A stretch of 64,000 nt of DNA from Pavona decussata (GCA_977016875.1 CDRNST010000332.1:62001-126000); one strand, 5' to 3'; shown: positions 27,801 to 37,399, counted from the first letter of the stretch. Notes: generated from the sequence alone by a model not told the origin. Translations and numbers: made by a program.

Positions 27801-30800
27801 TAGAAGGGTCACCCGCCTACTTGAGCTACCTTAGTCGAGACAACTTTTTTAACATTTCCGCACGAAACGCTGTGAATTGTTTACACAAGGAACATGAAAA
27901 CAGCCTACTGGCCCCGTCTATCATGAATAAAGTAACTGCATTGTAAAGCCTAGTGATCTCCTTAATATTCCTTCTCACTACACAAAGGCCATTTGTATCA
28001 TCTTCAATTCGTGTTGAGCTTTTGTTTTACTTCCATTTTCTGCGGTTTTTTACTCTTTCAAAGGAATCTAAACTTCAACAACATCAGCCATATCAGCCGT
28101 CGCACTTTTGCCGGACTTAAAAATCTGATCACATTGTAAGTTTATTTCATTACCTCAGTGTGAGTATTATTAATACCGCTTATCATATCACGATCATTAT
28201 ATCATGATTATTATCGCTGTCATTATCATTATCGACAGATTATTTAAGGCTTATGACATTACTCTTGTCATTGCCTTATCATAATCATGAACATTATTGT
28301 CAGACGAGGAAAAATACGACAATGTGTGAAATGTAATGTCGACGAGTAATATCTACAAAGCAACGAAGAAGAGTTTATTATTCAATTATGCTATTATGAA
28401 AACCATTCCAATCAGGTCAACGTACAGTGCAATACGCTCTTATAGAGTGAATACTCTCTAAAATGACTTTTTGAGTGAACTCGAGTGCTTATGGCGAAGT
28501 TTTGCGTTATGTCATGCTTTGATGTAATAGATCAAACACGAGGAAGAGTTTTTCCTCCGATTTCCAAACACCGAGAAGTAGGTGGGAAAAACGAGGCGCA
28601 GCCGCTTTTTTTTTTTTTAACCAACTTCGAGGTGTTTGGAAATAGGAGAAAACACTCTTTCGAGTGTTTGACATAGCTTCTCAGACTATTGCTAATTCTT
28701 GGAGAAATTCGAAGCAAAAGTTCACAAAATTTTATAATGATTAAGATGACATTTCCAAACCTCCTTCACGGTACTGATTTCCTTTGTTTCCTCTTCATGA
28801 ATTATTAATGAATTCGAGAAATGTTTGGCACGTTTGAATAACAAAAACAATGTTTGTGACAGTAAACATCGCCATACAGTAAAATAACGTATACACATTA
28901 GCAATGTTGTACATATCTTAGTTTCAAGTTCCATTTTCTTTTTAATAGAATGATGATTAAGAATAGTCTGGCGGTTATTCCCAAAGATGCTTTCGCTGAA
29001 GTACCGAGTCTGCGATCTTTGTGAGTAAAATATGTAAAGGAGAACTATAGATTTAAGATTCCTTGATAACTCACCTCGTAATGTCATCGTAGTGAACATT
29101 CAAACATTCAAGTAAAGATCATCTCGCAATTTACTTAAATTTGCTCTTTGGCTGGGAAAATAAAGACTATCACCGATGAACGTCAACCCCTGTATTCCTT
29201 CTTCTCAAAGGCCAGGTCACCAAGTACACAACTGTAAAATGGGTTATTGGTAAGAAACACCACATTAACGGTTAAATATAACACACCCGGTATGCAATGA
29301 ATAATTCCATAGGAGGTTAATGTGCCGAGTTCGGTGCCGCTTTCTTAATAATAGTATATGTTACTGTTTCAGGTTTCTTCATAGCAACGCAGTCAAGCGC
29401 ATTGGGGAAAAAGCCTTTAACGGACTCCGTGATCTTAATTCACTGTAAGTATAAACGATTTCCTATGCGGAATAGATTTTTTTCCAGGCTTACATCTAGT
29501 TAGAACTTTTAGATGCCTCCTAATTTGCGAGTTTAGGCTGTGACAGCGAGGTTAGGTGTCGAGGCCACAACATCGGACAGAATGCCCAGACACTTTTATG
29601 ACGACGGACTATTCGAACTTGAAAGTTCAATCAAAGCGTCTCAAGGCTGATTGACTCAGAGTAATAAAAGATGGTTTTCTCGAGATGGTAGGGCGGCTTT
29701 TTGTAGTTGAAGGTCTTTTCTATCATTTTAGCCGAGAATTAAGTCAAATGGAGGACAATAACAATCTTAAAAAAAAATTGTGCTTTTGACGGTACTTCCA
29801 GTATGAGAAACGACTCTTGTTGTATTTTATCGTTCATTTTCTCCTAAAATAGGAAAGGCTCTCGTACCACTCTTCTTCTCACAGTTTCTGGAGTGCATGC
29901 GTAATTATGACTGGTGCCTGTGAAAGCGCAATCATTGTTTGTACTTTGAAGTTCGGAGTACCCTTGTTATTGCGGGGCGAAGTGATCATGGTTCGTTGAT
30001 TGTCTTTCTCACAGAACTCTTTTTGATAATCCACTAACCTCATTACCAGATGGTATATTTGATGAAATTACTCCAAAGACCAAAGTGTAAGTACCATCAT
30101 TATATATGGTAATAACAACTCTAGCAATATAAAAACTTTCCAAATGTATTTATCTAGTACTACTACACTTGCAATTTTAGGGCTAGTTTGCTCTCCATAA
30201 TGACATACATTTCTCACAGTTTTATCGGCTTAAGATGCTACTGATGAAGCAAAATAAGATAGCATAAAAGCAAAATACAGGCAGAACGCATAAAATAAGC
30301 AGCAACGACAGGGTTAACACTTCCTGGAATCTTCTTCTTTATCCTAATTTAAGTTTTTTTGTTTGCTTTCAATCACATCCAGTTAACACACTGCGACATT
30401 TGTATTCCAATGTAAAGTGGTAGTTAAATTCCTTTCAGGTCTATTGCATGCCAAAATCTTCGCGAAATTCCTCATGGGAGATACTCTACAAGTATGTAAG
30501 TATATCTGGTTTACTGACTTTGGCCATGCTGGTCTATCGCAATTTTTGTGTCTACGGTCGGCGCCCCGTCTTGGGTTATCTGGCCGAATATTTTCAGTTG
30601 CATTCATGGTAATGTTGCATTCACCCGGCTGATGAATCTGGGTTAACTTCTTTGTGCATCTAACAGTTTGTTCACTGCTTATCCTAATTACAGAGTGTTG
30701 TTCAAACGTTTGGGCAAGAAATTTTCTTCTACCTCAGTGAAGAAGATATCTTAGTTTTCCTAGCCCATCCAACTTGATCTACGATCTACTCCGATTGGTG

Positions 30801-32354
30801 CTGCATAACATAGACTCGCTTCTATACTACCTCCTGAGTCCGGGAAACACGAGGATATCTTGTAACACTGACTGGATATTATGTGCCTCCTTGTATGGTC
30901 TGTCTCATCCTTGTTTTTCCAGTTTATCCCTATTATTTTAATATTCTCTAAGGATTCCTGCATCTGGAACCCTATATATCAGGACTGTCATGGTTGTGTT
31001 TCTTTATTTCTAAAATTAACTAGATGATTCCGGAAAATGATCACTCTCTTTGAGCGCCGTAAGCAGCTGTTTTGGTACGTGAGAGAGGTGTTTTTCATTT
31101 AGACAGACCTTGTTAAATTTTGACAAAGCAGCCAAAAAAATAAAGTGTATTGGGATAACTATGATGATTGCTTTCCCAAGCCAAGTTTCAGCAACGAGTT
31201 ATCTGACAAATTACAAAAACTACAAAATTGCGCCATTCGGGTCATGACAAAGTCTGATTACTATTCTAGCGCTACCGCCCTACGCGGTAAGCTGGGATGG
31301 GATAATCTCTGTACCAGAAGGAAAAAGCAAAAAATGAAATTGATGTTTAAAACTTTAAATGATCAGTCTCCGGAGTACCTGAAAGGCCTATTCAAGCCCT
31401 TCAGCACGGACTATGGACTTAGGAATAGTGATAATAAATTAGCTCTGCCTAAGCCTCGTACCGATTTTTTGAAACGTAGTTTCTGCTACAATGGGGCACA
31501 TTTGTGGAACAGCCTTCCATCTAACGTCAGAGCCATAAGATCTTTTACTAATTTTAGAACTGAGGTAGATCGCCAATTGTCCTCCTCGTACTCCCAAACG
31601 CTAAACATGTAAATCAGTTTTAATGTTAACTTTTTATCTTGTAACTGATGTTTTTACCGTGTCTAAATAAAGTGTATGTATGTATGTATGTATGTATGTA
31701 TGTATGTCTGAGTGATTAATGGTCGTATGAGTTTCCACTGTGCCATGTCTCATATTTACGTACTTTTCTATTGCCGTCAATAACCTCTTAATCTTCTGAG
31801 TTTTGCTTGGTCATCAAATAACACATGGCTCTCTCAGTGTGACTTTGTCAGGTCCGAAATACGGCATGGGTCGCAGCGCACGATTTTACAATTTTATAAT
31901 TGGTATCTCCCAATTCTGAGAGCGTAACCTTTTGAATTAATCGCAATTTCGAGGTGGAAACTACTCTGAAGCGCCCACCGTCTCCGGAACAACCTTTTTG
32001 TTGTTTTGATATTGACATTCCTTTTTCTTCATCCTTTTAGTCAGTGCGCTCCTTCAGCAACTTTTTATATCACCCTTGCCCCACACGAACTGAATTACCG
32101 TAGCGGCCTTCTACATTCAGGGTTTGTCTGCAACGGTTGTACTCACTGGAGAGGCGCAGGAGAGAACAGACAGTGTAAATGCAGCTTTTGCCCAGTTGGT
32201 TCTCATATTCATGATTTCAGCGACCTTAAAACCAAAATAGGTTCTTGTCAAGCGTGTCCTGCAGGTAATATTAGAAGATAGAATTAGATCGGTTATGGGC
32301 CCCCATAGAGCAAACACCCGGGTGAGTTCCCAAAACAATAAAGGAAGAAAAAGA

Positions 32355-32386
<32 letters not shown>

Positions 32387-35300
32387 GCAACAACTACAAA
32401 TCCCTATTCCCTTATCATGTTATACTGAGAGATTAATTCCAATGCGCGCCTTTGTTAATTATTTTTGTTTTGCATTTTCACCTCTTCGTATTTTTTATTC
32501 TTGTATTCCCCTTTTTGATTTCCTAATGGGGCTCTCAGGAACTAGACCTTGGAGCACGTTCTCCATTCATTAATTATCTTCTGTATCATTAGGACAGCAA
32601 TTAAAAATATTTTACTATGGGGATTAGCTTTTCTCAGGAATGAAAATAAAAGGAAGATGTGATTAACATAATGAGGCACTTTTACAAATCACAGTGTTTT
32701 TTTAGCAAAGCTTCAGTAGGTAGGTATACTGAGAAACGACTGAATGGTTGCACTCCCCCCTTTTTGTAAGTAACTTTCTTTACTTTTTTATTGGCTAGTT
32801 TTAATTATTTAATTATTTAGCTGTTTATTGGCTTCCGTCAAATTTGCTATAGAATCAGTTGCTTTTATTTTTTAACTATCCTGTAGTGTATGAAATAGTG
32901 GAATCTATCTTTTTCTACCTGCCTCGATTATCTTTCGGTATATACTGATGGTCTTCGCCTGTAGAATAAGAAAAATAACTGATGATGATGATGATGATGA
33001 TGATGATGACGATGATTTTCCAGACTTGATTTAGGTTCGTTGTCCCTTTTAAATTCTCAGGAGGTTTTTATCAGGACCAAATGGGACAGCTTGAATGCAA
33101 GCGATGCAGCACAGGGACCTACGTCTCAGTGGAACGCCATCCTGGTAAAAGTCCAGCTGACTGTTGGGCGTGTCCATACGGTAAGCATCGTTACCACCAC
33201 TCCGTTGGTATCTACATAAATAAATAAATATAAATAATAAATGGGATTTTAAACCACTATGTTGAACACGTGTTGAAGCAAATATTGAAACCTTTTAAAC
33301 GGGATTTAACTGTCACCGCCACCGTCTTGTTCTTGTTCTTCTTGGTGGTCACTGCCATCATAATAATGTCAATCATTTTCCACCATCTCCCCCAGGCTTT
33401 CTCATTAATGCAGAATTTTAAAGCTGTAAAAAATAGTTATTGGAATGATCAAAGCCACTTTTTTAAAGCACTTTTTTCAGTAACTATTTAACATGATTCT
33501 GTTGTTATACCAACAGGCACCCTTTCTAATGAGACCGCTGGTTATCGTGCATGCAGATGTCTTCACGGATTTTACCGCCTGGATCGTTTCGGCTCTTGTG
33601 CACCTTGTCCACCTCACGGCATAAACTGTGTAAACGATACAGCTATTCTGGCGCCTAACTATTACTGGAAATGGACTAATCAAAGTAACCATAAGTTTTA
33701 TACAAATTTTGTCCGCAACATCCACTATTTTGGGCCTAACTACCAAGAACAGTTCTCCAAATGTGCTGTGTCACTACCCAAACCAGTAAAATGTCCTTAT
33801 TCCGGTTCCTGCAAGGGTGGAATAGCCTCAGAATGCCAAGAAGGATACGAAGGAGACCTGTGCGCTACTTGTACGAATGGCTACTACCTACGATTTAACA
33901 CTTGCTTGAAATGTCCACGTTTAACTGTTACCATCACTACATTCATCGTAGTGTTTGCAATCTTTGTTGTGGTGTTTCTGATGGTTCTGTGGGGCGACTC
34001 AAAGAAAACAGAGGATAATCGTACCGTCGCAGATGTCATCATGTCGTGTTTCAAAATTGTGATTGGATTTTTTCAAGTTATTGTTGGTATTTTTTCGGCA
34101 TTAGCTAGGGTTAAGTGGCCAGTAGCTTTGATTTCAATGGAAAAATATTTAAAATTGTTTGACGGAAATATTTTTCAGTTTGCTCCATTAAGCTGCATTC
34201 ATTCAGAACTGCGATTCGATCAGTTCTTAAAATTCGTCCTTGCTATTTCGGTGAATGTCGTAGTCGTATTATTTGTTTTAAGCTATCTCTTTGTTAAGAA
34301 GCACTATATTAAACGAAATCAGGATTTTCCTTGCAGCGAAAAACGTCGGGCGGTGTCTTGTTTAAAGAAGTCCTGCTACCGGAACATGTTCCTATTTCTG
34401 CTGGCTTCATATCCAGTAACAAGCAAGACGATTATCCAAATTCTTCCCCTTCCAGGCGCATGTGTCACACAATGGTTTACAGATCACAAGAATCAATCCA
34501 TCTCCCTCCTGAAAGCCGATTACTCCATCGAATGTTTCACTGCCCGACACAAGTTGTACTGGTCCATTGCAGCAGTGTTTGCCTTGTATCCTGTGGGATT
34601 TCCTCTACTGATGCTGTTTCTCGTTTACAAATACCGCAATGCATGGACTGAAAATGAATTGGCGTTTGGATTGAAAGTCTTTTTTGAAAATTATAAGAAC
34701 AAATTTTGGTTTTGGGAGATAACAGAGATGTATCGTAAACTGATACTAATCTCTTTAATCTTTATCTTTGATTCTGAGAGTGTTTCACAGATTGGCTTCA
34801 CTGTCTTCACCGTAAGTGCGTTTGGAGTGGCCTACACCTTCTTCCGCCCAATTAAAAACAAGTTTGAAGATCGACTCCAAACCATTGTACTATGGGTCAT
34901 CTTTTTTGACGTGTGCCTTGGAGCAATGTACACCACGTGTGATGCCACTCAAAGTGACAAAGAAAACGACTCTTTGATGGTTAACATCTTGTTCGTGGCC
35001 CTCAACAGTTTGGTGTTGCTAGTTGCATTGGGTAAGACTTACAAGAAGAAGGCATTTTTCTATGGACTCATAATGTACTAATAATGTACAATAAGGTAGT
35101 ATAAGAATAACAAGCAACGTTTTAAATATCAACACGGAAGCTTGTCTACTTTAACCCCTCTATATATTGCAAATGGCAGTAAACTTTCCACTCCTATTGC
35201 AATTTGTTTCCGAAATCCCGGACTAAAATAAAGAATGCAGGACGCTTTGCTTGTTTTACTGCGTTATCGAGTATGGTATAATTTACTTTTAAATTTTTCC

Positions 35301-35952
35301 TTTTTTTGGCCAGAAAATGTTGCATTTGAGACTGTACTATAAAACCAATAAGGAACTGTAGTTTCAAAACATTTATTTTGAATATTTGATGCTTGTATTA
35401 ATTATTTTATATTGTCCCCGAGCCAAGAATAACATTTACGCCAATGACAACCTAATGATTATAAGGCGAAAAGTACACGTGTTCCCTGAAATTATAACGA
35501 GTGTCTTTGTTTAAAGATGGACAAAATGAAAATGGATTGGAAATTGAAAAAAAAAAAAAAACTGTAATTCTTTTTTTTATTACAGCCTTCTCTTTAATTG
35601 TTTTTTTTTAGAGTATATCATGCATTTTATGTACAAGATATAGTGCTTAGTTTTAATTCGCAATGTTAACCGGGAAGCTTAAAATCCCTATAAACCGTCC
35701 ACAGCTCCTTTAAGTTTCGTAACTAAAAACGAGCATGCACACATGTTTTCTTACTTTTTTATAGGTAAGGGAATTATCCACGTGAAGTTCTTCTGGAACA
35801 AGATATCTTTGTGCGTGAGACAATGCTTCCATTTCTTTTGGCATGGAGTTGTCTCCATCAAGCAAAAAGCCGAATGGATTTTCCGTGGCTTGGCGTTTTC
35901 CACCCCGAGACTGGAACCATTTGATGCAGGATCATTTTGGAGCCAAGATTGA
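1..35952 (+). CDS. 22-exon gene: signal peptide + LRRNT + 16 LRR + Cys-rich (GCC2/GCC3, ephrin-receptor-like) repeats + ~9-TM domain; orphan LRR multipass receptor/channel-like protein; start codon just left of window
   Basis: Hand-built model join(<1-151,224-295,2490-2561,3464-3523,4421-4495,5258-5335,7443-7514,9271-9345,10344-10415,11287-11352,19894-19965,22359-22430,24373-24444,28064-28135,28949-29020,29373-29444,30015-30086,30439-30495,32041-32264,33061-33180,33517-35031,35765-35952). All introns are GT..AG, phases are consistent and there are no internal stops. From position 3 this is 3399 nt = 1132 aa + stop. Extra exons could be hidden in the N gaps. Confidence 0.88.
224..295 (+). CDS. 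Exon 2, LRR (72 bp)
   Basis: tag|...|gtaag; [23 protein letters not shown]. Confidence 0.88.
853..2124. mobile_element. Non-autonomous DNA transposon (MITE) with ~155-bp TIRs and 9-bp TSD, Mutator-like
   Basis: Termini TAGCCTGCGTAGCAG...CTGCTACTCAGGCTA; TSD TTCTGTCAC at 844-852 and 2125-2133. Confidence 0.85.
2490..2561 (+). CDS. Exon 3, LRR (72 bp)
   Basis: ttttcag|...|gtaag; [23 protein letters not shown]. Confidence 0.9.
2829..2890 (-). mobile_element. tRNA-derived SINE fragment
   Basis: B-box GGTTCGAATCC on - strand (2861-2871) followed by GGAGCACTCGGA...GCCTGTGTCA; no full cloverleaf. Confidence 0.45.
3464..3523 (+). CDS. Exon 4, short LRR (60 bp)
   Basis: cag|...|gtgagt; [19 protein letters not shown]; matched by a paralog exon. 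Confidence 0.85.
3863..4004. repeat. ~140-bp palindromic (hairpin) interspersed element
   Basis: ATATCAGACACTCG...CTCGTGTTTGATAT imperfect inverted repeat; related to 28531-28672 and 8452-8595. Confidence 0.6.
4421..4495 (+). CDS. Exon 5, LRR (75 bp)
   Basis: ttctag|...|gtaagt; [24 protein letters not shown]. Confidence 0.87.
5258..5335 (+). CDS. Exon 6, LRR (78 bp)
   Basis: cccacag|...|gtaagt; [25 protein letters not shown]. Confidence 0.85.
6209..7260. mobile_element. MITE with TTA TSD (PIF/Harbinger- or Zator-type)
   Basis: Termini GGGACGGGCCATTATTTTTCTGGAAGGGG / CCCCCTTCCACAAAAATAATAGTCCGTCCC; flanked by TTA on both sides; internal 33-bp direct repeat near 6437 and 6564. Confidence 0.75.
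7443..7514 (+). CDS. Exon 7, LRR (72 bp)
   Basis: tctag|...|gtaagt; [23 protein letters not shown]. Confidence 0.88.
8452..8595. repeat. Near-perfect ~145-bp hairpin element
   Basis: GGGTTCCAAATACCGAGAAACAGATGAAAGCAC...GTGCTTTCATCTGTTTCTCGGTATTTGGAACCC. Confidence 0.75.
9271..9345 (+). CDS. Exon 8, LRR (75 bp)
   Basis: tttgcag|...|gtaagt; [24 protein letters not shown]. Confidence 0.88.
10344..10415 (+). CDS. Exon 9, LRR (72 bp)
   Basis: tag|...|gtaagt; [23 protein letters not shown]. Confidence 0.88.
10715..10750 (+). repeat. (AAAT)n microsatellite
   Basis: Direct reading. Confidence 0.9.
11287..11352 (+). CDS. Exon 10, LRR (66 bp)
   Basis: ccacag|...|gtaagt; [21 protein letters not shown]. 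Confidence 0.85.
11375..11450 (+). repeat. (AAT)n microsatellite
   Basis: Direct reading. Confidence 0.95.
11611..11687 (+). repeat. (CT)n microsatellite
   Basis: Direct reading. Confidence 0.95.
12520..13075 (+). mobile_element. Degraded 5' part of a Crypton-like (DUF3504) element containing an intron
   Basis: [26 protein letters not shown]...GMTLFK | acceptor aacag ~12915 | [20 protein letters not shown]...KDGSF...[11 protein letters not shown], parallel to the N-terminus of the recombinase at 48587-49856. Confidence 0.55.
13094..13430 (-). repeat. Putative 3' LTR of the BEL/Pao element
   Basis: TGTT...AACA termini; AATAAA on - strand near 13210; lies just downstream of the integrase stop; partner LTR not visible and PPT weak. 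Confidence 0.55.
18690..18985 (-). repeat. Three 102-bp (34-aa) Pro/Ser-rich tandem repeats in the BEL gag N-terminal region
   Basis: GAGGACACCA at 18769, 18871 and 18973; VSS(R/H)VS.LP...PPMPT.AS. Confidence 0.85.
19894..19965 (+). CDS. Exon 11, LRR (72 bp), immediately after an N gap
   Basis: ttttag|...|gtaagt; [23 protein letters not shown]. Confidence 0.8.
20277..20453. mobile_element. ~177-bp palindromic MITE
   Basis: AATAGGCCATTTCCGAGTTGCTGT...ACAGCAACTCGGAAATGGCCTATT. Confidence 0.8.
22359..22430 (+). CDS. Exon 12, LRR (72 bp)
   Basis: ttttttag|...|gtaagt; [23 protein letters not shown]. Confidence 0.88.
24373..24444 (+). CDS. Exon 13, LRR (72 bp)
   Basis: cgcag|...|gtaagt; [23 protein letters not shown]. 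Confidence 0.9.
24658..24802 (+). repeat. Retroposon 3' end with (AAT)n tail; related copy at 11800-11864
   Basis: Shared TTTTAAGTTTCGCTTGGCTCACAG...GTGCATA; both copies abut N gaps. Confidence 0.55.
24833..27739 (-). mobile_element. 5'-truncated L2-clade LINE (APE endonuclease + RT), antisense in intron 13, frameshifted
   Basis: VGDFN, HTLDL, SDHY; [48 protein letters not shown]; 3' hairpin AGCGCTTTT...AAAAGCGCT (~24865-24894) and (TAT)n tail. Confidence 0.93.
28064..28135 (+). CDS. Exon 14, LRR (72 bp)
   Basis: tttcaaag|...|gtaagt; [23 protein letters not shown]. Confidence 0.9.
28531..28672. repeat. ~140-bp hairpin interspersed element
   Basis: ATCAAACACGAG...TTTCCAAACAC...GTGTTTGGAAA...GAGTGTTTGAC. 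Confidence 0.65.
28949..29020 (+). CDS. Exon 15, LRR (72 bp)
   Basis: tttaatag|...|gtgagt; [23 protein letters not shown]. Confidence 0.88.
29373..29444 (+). CDS. Exon 16, LRR (72 bp)
   Basis: tttcag|...|gtaagt; [23 protein letters not shown]. Confidence 0.9.
30015..30086 (+). CDS. Exon 17, LRR (72 bp)
   Basis: ctcacag|...|gtaagt; [23 protein letters not shown]. Confidence 0.88.
30439..30495 (+). CDS. Exon 18, post-LRR cap-like (57 bp)
   Basis: cctttcag|...|gtaagt; [18 protein letters not shown]; symmetric phase 2. Confidence 0.75.
31145..31707 (+). mobile_element. 3' fragment of a CR1/L2-group LINE with (TATG)n tail
   Basis: KLQKLQN.A.R...LGW..L..RR...P.YL...LPKPRT..LKRSF.Y.GA.LWN.LP; AATAAA followed by (TATG)n at ~31674-31707. 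Confidence 0.85.
32041..32264 (+). CDS. Exon 19, start of Cys-rich region
   Basis: Long pyrimidine tract + tag; QCAPSATF...CKCSFCPVG...GSCQACPA(G); donor GTAATA; phase 2 to phase 1. Confidence 0.88.
32355..32395 (+). repeat. (CAA)n microsatellite
   Basis: Direct reading. Confidence 0.85.
32981..33016 (+). repeat. (GAT)n microsatellite
   Basis: Direct reading. Confidence 0.85.
33061..33180 (+). CDS. Exon 20, GCC2/GCC3 (ephrin-receptor-like) Cys repeat
   Basis: ttctcag|...|gtaagc; [39 protein letters not shown]. Confidence 0.9.
33517..35031 (+). CDS. Exon 21 (1515 bp): Cys-rich stalk + nine predicted TM segments
   Basis: caacag acceptor; in frame with ORF 33768..35081; contains [41 protein letters not shown]...[30 protein letters not shown]; donor G|GTAAGA at 35032. 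Confidence 0.93.
35765..35952 (+). CDS. Exon 22, cytoplasmic tail and stop
   Basis: [18 protein letters not shown], phase 1; [12 protein letters not shown]...[10 protein letters not shown]. Confidence 0.72.
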
Positions 35953-36296
35953 CTTTAAACATTATTTGTACTGCACAGTTTATGATTTCCGTTTAAAGGA
36001 GACTTGCGTCTTTGTTTTAATTTGCGAGAGAAATTTAAGGAACGTTGACCTGTGATCAGAGCGAGTTATTTTTTGTTGCCTTTTTCCCATTCCTCTTTTC
36101 TTCCACAATATGAAAAGAAGTCCTGATAAGATCTAACGAAAGGAATAAGCGAAGAAAAGCGACTCTGGAAGAAGTCCAAGACAGGCAGGTATATTTGTGT
36201 ACTCAGCAACAATTCAAAAACCAAATAATTCGTCAATTTAATTTCTACAGTCTTTTATTTATCCAATTCAACAAAAAACTTAAATTGAGCTTGAGG

Positions 36297-36302
36297 AATA
36301 AA
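36297..36302 (+). terminator. Candidate AATAAA polyadenylation signal of the LRR-TM gene
   Basis: AATAAA about 345 nt after the predicted stop; supported by position only. Confidence 0.3.
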
Positions 36303-37399
36303 GAAATTAAAGCTAAATATACATTGCAAATTTGTAGATTGAAAATGTCTTAGGATATGGCTCTCTGTGCTGTGATTAAGCTAATTGGCCTATAGTATGA
36401 AGTATCTCGGTGTATTTGAATTTCATCACACGATCATTTGTCATGATCATACTAGTATTGGGTGGCACCATCTAAAGAATTTACGACGTTGTGTTTCCGT
36501 GATTCATCCTTATCATAACTACGACTGTTTATTGTCAGATCGAAGCTGGTGGCTGTGTGCCCTCAGCGCTCTGATGACAGGAAGCCCAAGCTCAATATCG
36601 GAGAACCGTTGAATTATAAGGATTTGTATGGGAATACAAAAGATTTGTGTAAAATGGCAGAAACTAACATTGTTTTGTCAATAAAAAGTCAACTTACCCT
36701 GTTTCTTTTTGTATTCTTTGTCATTTACCAGCTTTTCAAGCCGATTCGAAGCGATTTCGGTGAGTTAGCGTCATTCGGGTTTCCACTGCTAAGCATAACG
36801 AAAGGCCGAACACAGTCTCAGCCATGCCCGAAGCGTGAAACAGAATAAATCCGTTGAAATCATCCCTAGTGTCCCAATTCCTTCATAGGATCAAAGTAAA
36901 GATGAATAACTATCCTTCCAGCCCATTTCCGACTCAATTGAAGCCGTATCACGTTTGCTCCAGAAAGATTATCTTCAAGTCAGCTCGCTTCTGAAATTTC
37001 GAAAGACCCGCGGCCAAAACGCCATATTGAACGTTCGAATAGTACGCTGGGTAACAAAAGTTCCCTGGCACGGGTGGCCATCGGCCAGTTGTCCACGGGC
37101 AAACAGATTTGTTCGCGGGGTCTCCTCGTGTCTTTTTTGTCAAGACCGTCAAGGTACCATTGTTTCCATCGACCAATCAAAATTACTACCGGACGTGTTT
37201 TCCAAATTTAAAGGGCGCAATCTATTCAACCTAAATTTCTGGTACAGAATCAAATATATGGTGTACAACCCGTTAGCGTCATTCGGGTTTCCATATGGCG
37301 GGAAAAGAGGAATGTGCTTTTTTTTTTTTTTTTTTCGAAGCAACTTAATATACTTGCCTGCGATGCGAAAAGTTAAAAAAAAAAAAAAAATCTATTCTT

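Noticed and set aside
33768-35081. Calling the gene an LGR/glycoprotein-hormone receptor (class A GPCR) or a Toll-like receptor
   Set aside because: About nine hydrophobic segments, no DRY/NPxxY motifs, no LGR hinge and no TIR domain
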